A stretch of DNA of 63,114 nucleotides from an uncultured Eubacteriaceae bacterium (GTDB taxonomy: Bacteria > Bacillota > Clostridia > Lachnospirales > Lachnospiraceae). The stretch spans positions 1-63,114 of the forward strand of contig CANRVK010000001.1 of the NCBI GenBank assembly GCA_947643285.1. The letters run 5' to 3'. A program made the position numbers and the translations under genes. This document shows, piece by piece, positions 56,206-63,114 of this stretch (positions are counted from its first letter, which is position 1; every line of letters starts with the position of its first letter). The notes under the pieces are model-generated. The model was given only the letters and a program-made list of their open reading frames with translations, had not been told where the DNA came from and made no database searches.

Positions 56206-57705
56206 ATGATTGATAAAGCGATTAGAAAATTAGTGGTTTATGGTCTGGAAACAGGGTTATTAACAAAAGAAGATGAAGTCTATACAACAAATCAGATTTT
56301 AGAGATTTTAAAAAAAGAGGATTATGAAGAACCTGTTTTAGAAAAAGAGGATATTCCCATAGATTTAGAACAGACACTAAAAGAAATGTTAGATTATGCT
56401 TATCAAAATAAGCTGATAGAAGAAAATGGAGTGGTATATCGGGATTTATTTGATGCAAAGCTCATGAACTGCTTGATGCCAAGACCGAGTGAAGTGAAAC
56501 GAGAATTTTTTAAACTTTACCAAGAATCTCCAAAAAAAGCGACAGAATATTTTTATAAATTGAGTCAGGACAGTGATTATATCCGCAGATATCGAATCAA
56601 AAAAGATATGAAATGGACAGTGGATACTACATATGGCACATTAGATATCACAATTAATTTATCCAAGCCAGAGAAAGATCCCAAAGCGATTGCAGCGGCG
56701 AAATTGGCAAAACAGAGCGGATATCCAAAATGCTTACTCTGTAAAGAGAATGAAGGATATGCAGGAAGGATTAATCACCCAGCGAGAAATAATCACAGAA
56801 TCATTCCCATCACAATAAATGAACAAGAATGGGGATTTCAATATTCTCCTTATGTATATTATAACGAACATTGTATCGTATTTAATGGAGAACATATCCC
56901 CATGAAAGTAGATAAGAACACTTTTATCAAACTTTTTGATTTCATTAAACAGTTTCCACATTATTTTTTGGGTTCTAATGCAGATTTGCCGATTGTAGGA
57001 GGATCTATTTTAAGCCATGACCATTTTCAGGGAGGAAATTATGAATTTGCGATGGCGAGAGCGCCGATAGAAATCCCTGTGACGATTCCAGAATATGAAG
57101 ATGTGGAAACAGGGATCTTAAAATGGCCATTAGCCGTTATCCGCACGCGCAGTAAAGATGAAAAACGTTTGATAGAACTAGGAGATTATATTCTCAGAAA
57201 ATGGAGAGAATATACAGACGAAGAGGCATTTATTTTCGCTTATACAGATGATGAACCACATAATACCATTACCCCGATTGCCAGAAAAGTAGGAGATACT
57301 TATGAACTGGATTTAACTTTAAGAAATAATATCATAACACAAGAACATCCTCTCGGCGTTTATCATCCTCATGAGGAACTACATCATATCAAAAAAGAAA
57401 ATATTGGATTAATTGAAGTGATGGGGCTTGCCGTTTTGCCATCTAGGTTAAAAGAAGAGATGGAATTATTAGCGGATTATTTAGTGGAAGGAAAGGATAT
57501 CCGATCAGAGGAAAGAATAGAAAAACATGCAGATTGGGTAGAAGAATTTTTGCCAAAATATAAAGAGATCACAAAAGAAAACGTGGACAGAATCATAAAA
57601 GAAGAAATCGGACAGGTATTCACAAAAGTATTAGAACATGCAGGAGTTTATAAATATACAAAAGAAGGAAGAGAAGCATTTTTAAAATTTATAGCGACAT
57701 TATAA
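56206..57705 (+). CDS. galT: UDP-glucose--hexose-1-phosphate uridylyltransferase (GalT, long Firmicute type)
   Basis: 499 aa with the GGSILSHDHFQGG motif and a strong RBS AAGGGAGGA. Confidence 0.85.
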   Translation: MIDKAIRKLVVYGLETGLLTKEDEVYTTNQILEILKKEDYEEPVLEKEDIPIDLEQTLKEMLDYAYQNKLIEENGVVYRDLFDAKLMNCLMPRPSEVKREFFKLYQESPKKATEYFYKLSQDSDYIRRYRIKKDMKWTVDTTYGTLDITINLSKPEKDPKAIAAAKLAKQSGYPKCLLCKENEGYAGRINHPARNNHRIIPITINEQEWGFQYSPYVYYNEHCIVFNGEHIPMKVDKNTFIKLFDFIKQFPHYFLGSNADLPIVGGSILSHDHFQGGNYEFAMARAPIEIPVTIPEYEDVETGILKWPLAVIRTRSKDEKRLIELGDYILRKWREYTDEEAFIFAYTDDEPHNTITPIARKVGDTYELDLTLRNNIITQEHPLGVYHPHEELHHIKKENIGLIEVMGLAVLPSRLKEEMELLADYLVEGKDIRSEERIEKHADWVEEFLPKYKEITKENVDRIIKEEIGQVFTKVLEHAGVYKYTKEGREAFLKFIATL

Positions 57706-57785
57706 TAAAAAGGGATATATTTAGAATAAAAAAATATAACCGAAAAGAAGACAGCATTTTGAATGAAAAGGAATGGAGAATAGAA

Positions 57786-60734
57786 ATGATAGAAGAAAAT
57801 CAGAGAAAAAAGAACAATTTTTTAAAGTGCCAGAAAGAATATGAATTGATAGAAGCGAGAGAACTTCCAGATATCGCTTCCTATGGATATTTGATGAAAC
57901 ATAGAAAGTCTGGAGCACGTTTATTTTTAATAGAAAATGAGGACGAAAATAAGGTATTTAACATCTGCTTTCGCACACCAGCACCAGATGATACAGGCGT
58001 GCCGCATATCTTAGAACATTCTGTTTTATGCGGTTCTAAAAAATTCCCAGCAAAAGACCCATTTGTGGAATTGGTGAAGGGTTCTTTAAACACTTTTTTA
58101 AATGCGATGACATATCCAGATCACACCATGTATCCTGTAGCGAGCTGTAATGACAAGGACTTTCAAAATCTGATGGATGTGTATATGGATGCTGTATTAA
58201 ATCCAAATATTTATGAGAGAGAAGAAATATTCAGACAAGAGGGCTGGAGTTATAGCTTAGAAGACCCAGAAAAAGATATCATTTATAATGGCGTAGTTTA
58301 TAATGAGATGAAAGGAGCATTTTCTTCTGCAGACGATATGTTGTATAGGGAAATTTTTAATTCCCTTTTTCCTGATACGAGTTATGCCAATGAATCTGGG
58401 GGAGATCCAGAATTTATACCCGATCTGAAATACGAGGAGTTTTTAGAGTTTCATAAAAAATATTATCATCCTTCTAATAGCTATATTTATTTATACGGAA
58501 ATATGGACATGGAAGAAAAGCTGCTCTGGCTGGATAGAGAATATTTAAGCCATTATGATTTTCTATCGGTTTCTTCTGAAATTTCTGAACAAAAACCTTT
58601 TACACAGAAAAGGGAAGTAGAAAAATCTTATTCCATTTCCGATGGAGAAAATGAACAGGATAATTCATTTTTATCTTATAATGTAGTGATATCGAGCATA
58701 CTGAAAAAAGAAATCAACTTAACATTCAATATTTTGGAGTATGTGCTGATCTCCGCTCCGGGTGCGCCATTAAAAAAGGCATTAATTGATGCAGGAATCG
58801 GAAAAGATGTATATGGAGGTTTTCAAGGTGACACTAGACAGACAATTTTTTCTATTGTAGCTAAAAATACCAATATAGAAGAAAAAGAAAGATTTCTCTC
58901 TATTATAGAAGAAACATTAAAGAAATTAGTAAACGAAGGAATCGACAAAGATGCTTTAGAAGCAGCGATTAATTATCTGGAATTTTCTTATAGAGAAGCA
59001 GATTTTGGAAGGAGTCCAAAGGGACTGATTTTTGGAATCCAAGCGATAGGAACATGGATTTATGACGAAAGTGAACCATTTCAGAAATTAGAATTAAATC
59101 AATTATTTCCTTTGATGAAAGAGAAAATGAACACGAGATATTTTGAGGAATGTATTCAAAAATATCTATTAGAAAATACACATGCTTCTGTGGTGATGAT
59201 AAAACCAGAAAAAGGGCTGACCGCAAAAAAAGAAAAAGCTGTGGAAGAAAAGCTTAAGGCATATAAAGCTAGTTTATCCAAAGAAGAGATAGACAATTTA
59301 GTAGAAAAGACAAAGAGCTTGGCAAAATATCAGGAAACTCCTTCTACGAAAGAAGAGTTAGAAAGTATCCCTATGCTGAAAAGAGAAGATATCGATAAAG
59401 AAACACAAAAATTTATCATAGAAGAGAAGAAAATAGGGGATATAAAAGTATTACACCATGATTTGTTCACAAATGGTATTGGATATTTTAATTTTGTTTT
59501 TCAGGTAGAAGGATTAGAATTAGACTTAGTTCCTTATATAGGGCTTCTGAAACATGTATTGGGATTTGTGGATACAGAGAACTACAGTTATGGAAGTCTA
59601 TTCCATGAAATCAATAAAAATACTGGTGGAATCAGTGTGAGTTCCGCTGTATATGGGAATTGTCAAGATGCGGATAAAGTGAAGATTACCATGAATGTGG
59701 TAGGAAAAGCACTTTATGAGAAGCAAGATTTCGTATTTAAAATGATAGAGGAGATTTTATTCCGCTCTAAACTAGAAGATACCAAACGCCTATATGAGAT
59801 CATCGCAGAAATAAAATCTAGATTACAGATGAGTCTTTCTTATTCTGGAAATGTTACTGCGAAAATGAGAGCATTATCTTATATTTCTCCTGCTCAATTT
59901 TATGGAGATAGGATAAATGGAGTGGGATTTTATAAGTTTATAGAGAGTCTGGAGAAAAATTTTGAACAGGAAAAACAAAAAATTGTAGAAAATTTAACAA
60001 GATTAATTCATTTTGTATTCCGAAAAGAAAATTTATTATTGAGTTATACAGCAGATGAAAAGGGATATGAACAGATCGAAGAAGGGCTGAAAAATTTAGC
60101 TGAGAAACTCTATTCTGATAAAGTAGAAAAAGTAAAGGAAAAACTTCCGCTGGAAAAGAAAAATGAAGGATTGAAGACTTCCTCACAGATACAGTTTGTC
60201 GCAAGAGTGGGAAATTATAAAAGAGCAGGTTTAGAATATGATGGAAAACTGAAAGTGCTTTCTGTTATTATGGATTATGAATATTTGTGGATAAATTTGC
60301 GTGTGAAGGGCGGCGCATATGGCTGTGGCAGCGGATTTTCCAGAAATGGGGACAGCTATTTTGTTTCTTATCGTGATCCGAATTTAGAGAAAACAAATCA
60401 AGTCTATAATGGTATTACAGAGTATGTGAAGAATTTTACTGTGGACGAAAGAGATATGACAAAGTATATTATTGGAACAATCAGTGATTTAGATACCCCA
60501 CTCACAGCCAGTGCAAAGGGAACAAAAGCACTTTTTGCTTATTTGACAGGACTTACACAGGAAATGCTTCAAGAAGAAAGACAGCAGATCTTAAATGCGA
60601 CACAAGAGGGAATACGAGAATTAGCGCCTATTATGGAGGCGATTTTAAAAGAACAAGTAGTATGTGCTTTGGGAAATGAAAATAAAATAGAAAATTCTAG
60701 TTTGTTTGAAAATAAGATCAATTTATTTGAATGA
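57786..60734 (+). CDS. M16-family (pitrilysin/PreP-like, M16C) zinc metallopeptidase
   Basis: The inverted zinc motif HILEHSV is present and the protein is about 980 aa. The ATG at 57786 lies 7 nt after GGAG and is preferred over 57759. Confidence 0.8.
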   Translation: MIEENQRKKNNFLKCQKEYELIEARELPDIASYGYLMKHRKSGARLFLIENEDENKVFNICFRTPAPDDTGVPHILEHSVLCGSKKFPAKDPFVELVKGSLNTFLNAMTYPDHTMYPVASCNDKDFQNLMDVYMDAVLNPNIYEREEIFRQEGWSYSLEDPEKDIIYNGVVYNEMKGAFSSADDMLYREIFNSLFPDTSYANESGGDPEFIPDLKYEEFLEFHKKYYHPSNSYIYLYGNMDMEEKLLWLDREYLSHYDFLSVSSEISEQKPFTQKREVEKSYSISDGENEQDNSFLSYNVVISSILKKEINLTFNILEYVLISAPGAPLKKALIDAGIGKDVYGGFQGDTRQTIFSIVAKNTNIEEKERFLSIIEETLKKLVNEGIDKDALEAAINYLEFSYREADFGRSPKGLIFGIQAIGTWIYDESEPFQKLELNQLFPLMKEKMNTRYFEECIQKYLLENTHASVVMIKPEKGLTAKKEKAVEEKLKAYKASLSKEEIDNLVEKTKSLAKYQETPSTKEELESIPMLKREDIDKETQKFIIEEKKIGDIKVLHHDLFTNGIGYFNFVFQVEGLELDLVPYIGLLKHVLGFVDTENYSYGSLFHEINKNTGGISVSSAVYGNCQDADKVKITMNVVGKALYEKQDFVFKMIEEILFRSKLEDTKRLYEIIAEIKSRLQMSLSYSGNVTAKMRALSYISPAQFYGDRINGVGFYKFIESLEKNFEQEKQKIVENLTRLIHFVFRKENLLLSYTADEKGYEQIEEGLKNLAEKLYSDKVEKVKEKLPLEKKNEGLKTSSQIQFVARVGNYKRAGLEYDGKLKVLSVIMDYEYLWINLRVKGGAYGCGSGFSRNGDSYFVSYRDPNLEKTNQVYNGITEYVKNFTVDERDMTKYIIGTISDLDTPLTASAKGTKALFAYLTGLTQEMLQEERQQILNATQEGIRELAPIMEAILKEQVVCALGNENKIENSSLFENKINLFE

Positions 60735-60856
60735 GAATGGAAAAAGTGATCCGATAATACTTTCGGCAATTTTACCAATTTACATCTTGTGTTGTGTAAA
60801 AGCTAGTAGGTATGATAAAATCAAATCGACAAATCAGGATTTATGGAGGAGATAAA

Positions 60857-61039
60857 ATGGAAAAGAAAGAACGATTTAAGATAGCTTATTCACAAGGAAC
60901 TTTGGATGTAGTGCAAATTTTGGTAGATACGGAAACTGGTGTGAATTATGTGTTTCGTAAAGCTGGATATGGGGGAGGAATGACACCGCTGTTGGACAAA
61001 GATGGAAAACCTGTTATTTCTCCGACTGCAAACAACTAA
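60857..61039 (+). CDS. Small conserved hypothetical protein (DUF6440-like by recollection)
   Basis: MEKKERFKIAYSQGTLDVVQILVDTETGVNYVFRKAGYGGGMTPLLDKDGKPVISP. The ATG at 60857 follows GGAGGAG. Confidence 0.45.
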   Translation: MEKKERFKIAYSQGTLDVVQILVDTETGVNYVFRKAGYGGGMTPLLDKDGKPVISPTANN

Positions 61040-61200
61040 CTTCAGTCATTCAAATTCCGGTTTATCGGGCAGTCATCTGTCTTTGGATAACTGCCCACAT
61101 ATATAGCTATTTTGACGAAAATTAGGAAATAGAACTCCCATCAACACAGAAGGTAAAAGGGAGAAAAAAGTTAGTGATCAGTAATTGCTTCAGTAATTAT

Positions 61201-61388
61201 GAGGGGAAAATGAGGGAAAAAGGTTCGCCCCTGTGAACATCTATTCCACCGAAGCCGCGCTTTCGCTCCGTTCCAGACGTAACGGACACTAAATTCGCAA
61301 ATCCCGCTTCTTGCGGGTTTGCTTATTAACGTGCCGGCGTCTTCCAAGGGGCTTCTTTTGGAATAGATGTTCGCAGGGGCTAGTTTTT
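61201..61388 (+). repeat. Structured palindromic element, copy 10
   Basis: AAAAAGGTTCGCCCCTGTGAACATCTATTCCACCGAAGCCGCGCTTTCGCTCCGTTCCAGACGTAACGGACACTAAATTCGCAAAT-CCCGCttctTGCGGG-TTTGCTTATTAACGTGCCGGCGTCTTCCAAGGGGCTTCTTTTGGAATAGATGTTCGCAGGGGCTAGTTTTT. Confidence 0.9.
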
Positions 61389-61519
61389 AGATATTTTTCG
61401 GTACGAAATAAAGATAGTTATTCGTACAAAATTTATAAATTCAAATATAAATCTAAATTTTGGAAATCTAGGTTTTTAGGATTTAACTTTTAGATAGTTA
61501 TATTTGTTTGTCTAGTCTT

Positions 61520-62800
61520 TTAACTGCTGATGCTTTCGGGTTCTTCTTTTTCTGGAAGACAATAGATATGAATTTTATCAATACGATTTTTATCTAATGT
61601 TTCTACTATAAAAGTGAGATTGCCTTCTGTAATAGAATCTCCTACTTGAGGCAGTCTATCTAAAACTTCCATAATATGACCTCCCAAAGAATCATAATCC
61701 TCTGAGGTGATATGACTTTTTAGCAGTTCATTGATATCATCTAATTTGATTTGACCATCTACTAGATACTCATTTTCTGTCAGCATAGTGAAATCTTCTT
61801 CTTCGTCTTCATCGTATTCATCTTTAATATCTCCAACGATTTCCTCTAATAAATCTTCTAAGGTGATTAATCCAGCAGTGACTCCATATTCATCTAAAAC
61901 AATTACAATATTTACGGACGCTTTTCGCATTTCTACCATTAATTCAGAAAGCTTTTTGTATTCATAAGTATAATATGGTTCACGCAGATAATCCTGAATC
62001 CGGAAGGGGGCATCGTGCTGATATAAAAGGAGATCTTTCATATTGACAATACCGATTACATTGTCTGTGGATTCTTCATAGACAGGTATTCTGGTAAAAT
62101 GGTGCTGACGAAAGATTTCGATTAACTCTTCATAGGCACAGTCAATCGATGCGAAAGTCATATCAATACGAGGTATCATAACATCTTTTGCTCTGGAATC
62201 TCCGAAATCAAACACATTATTAATCATTCGGCGTTCTTCGCTTTCAATCACTCCTTCTTCATGACTGACATCTACGATTGTGCGCAGTTCACTTTCTGTT
62301 ATAGTATTTTCCTTTGCATTTGGATTCACCCTTAATAAAATTAATAGTCCCATAGATAATTTATTCACAATAAATATCACAGGTGTTAAAACTGTCATAA
62401 GGGTTTTAATAATACCAGCCACTTGAAGCGCTATTTTCTCCGCATGTATAGTAGCGAGAGTTTTTGGGGTGATTTCACCAAAAATTAAAACTAATAGGGT
62501 TAAAGTACCAGTGGCGATTCCAGCACCAGCACTGTCGAATAAATCTGTCGCTAATATAGTGGCGATAGAAGATGCGGAAATGTTGACAACATTATTACCG
62601 ATTAAAATAGCACTCAACATTTTCCCAGAATTTTCAATTACCCAGCCTAGGGTAATGGCTTTTTTATTTCCTTCTTCGATTAAAGTACGAACACGAATAC
62701 GATTTACAGTACTCAAAGCTGTTTCAGAAGATGAAAAAAAAGCAGATAATGCTAACAAAACAATTAGTATCAAAAATTGTGCGGCGACACTCGGGTCCAA
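61520..62800 (-). CDS. CNNM/TlyC-family membrane protein (DUF21 + CBS pair + CorC_HlyC domains; putative divalent-cation transporter or hemolysin-like)
   Basis: 426 aa with an N-terminal 4-TM DUF21 pattern (FFSSSETALS), a CBS pair region and a C-terminal transporter-associated domain. Confidence 0.8.
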   Translation of the reverse strand: MDPSVAAQFLILIVLLALSAFFSSSETALSTVNRIRVRTLIEEGNKKAITLGWVIENSGKMLSAILIGNNVVNISASSIATILATDLFDSAGAGIATGTLTLLVLIFGEITPKTLATIHAEKIALQVAGIIKTLMTVLTPVIFIVNKLSMGLLILLRVNPNAKENTITESELRTIVDVSHEEGVIESEERRMINNVFDFGDSRAKDVMIPRIDMTFASIDCAYEELIEIFRQHHFTRIPVYEESTDNVIGIVNMKDLLLYQHDAPFRIQDYLREPYYTYEYKKLSELMVEMRKASVNIVIVLDEYGVTAGLITLEDLLEEIVGDIKDEYDEDEEEDFTMLTENEYLVDGQIKLDDINELLKSHITSEDYDSLGGHIMEVLDRLPQVGDSITEGNLTFIVETLDKNRIDKIHIYCLPEKEEPESISS

Positions 62801-62950
62801 AAGATCAACTCCTTTTACTTATAAAAAATTACGCCATAGGGCGCATGAGGTTATACAATTATGCTGATAATACAATATTTTCTATAGTATTGTCAAGTTT
62901 TTCAGATAAATTTTAGAAATATTATATTACAGTTTCGTTTACTTTAAAGA

Positions 62951-63114
62951 CAGAGGGACGCTACGGCAAGCACCTATTCCAACGAAGCCGCGCTCTCGCT
63001 CCGTTCCAGACGTAGCGGTACTAAATTCGCGATTTCGCTTCTTGCGAAACTGCTCATTAAGTACCAACGTCTTCCAAGGGGCTTCTTTTGGAATAGGTGC
63101 TTGCCTCCGCTAGT
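62951..63114 (+). repeat. Structured palindromic element, copy 11 (runs to the window end)
   Basis: CAGAGGGACGCTACGGCAAGCACCTATTCCAACGAAGCCGCGCTCTCGCTCCGTTCCAGACGTAGCGGTACTAAATTCGCGA-TTTCGCttctTGCGAAA-CTGCTCATTAAGTACCAACGTCTTCCAAGGGGCTTCTTTTGGAATAGGTGCTTGCCTCCGCTAGT. Confidence 0.9.

Noticed and set aside
21671-63114. Whether the repeated elements could be a CRISPR array or integron attC sites.
   Set aside because: The copies are kilobases apart, occur in both orientations, are about 200 bp long and are internally palindromic, so this is not a CRISPR array. Unlike attC sites, the centre is conserved while the flanking stems vary, orientation is not uniform, and no integrase is present in the window.

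Overview
This is an AT-rich chromosomal window from a low-GC Firmicute, probably a Clostridia-like spore former. That call rests on a SpoIID-domain gene and the recJ-apt-rel-MBL-hemZ...hisS gene order. Positions 0.4-21 kb hold one co-directional surface or cell-wall glycan locus. It contains GT4, GT2 and GT32 glycosyltransferases, a Wzm/Wzt-type ABC exporter, and a GacI/GacJ/flippase/large-membrane-protein side-chain module. It also carries FdtA/FdtB-type 3-amino-3,6-dideoxyhexose genes, a TylF-type O-methyltransferase with an in-frame G10 tract, a broken coiled-coil methyltransferase, and a CMP-sugar module (cytidylyltransferase plus HMGL-type aldolase fusion plus sialyltransferase-like protein). 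The left window edge cuts through a TnpB-like gene. An IS4-family element with clear inverted repeats and a 10-bp target duplication sits at 21.8-23.4 kb. Positions 23.6-63 kb are mostly housekeeping genes (pckA, recJ, apt, rel, hisS, purL, galT, M16 peptidase, DegV, CNNM) interspersed with small accessory genes. The most unusual feature is a family of roughly 180-210 bp imperfect-palindrome elements, with 12 full or partial copies, all intergenic. Their helices differ in sequence between copies but stay complementary. One copy is the IS4 target, and two inverted pairs bracket single genes. I do not recognise this family by name. No rRNA, tRNA or CRISPR array was seen.
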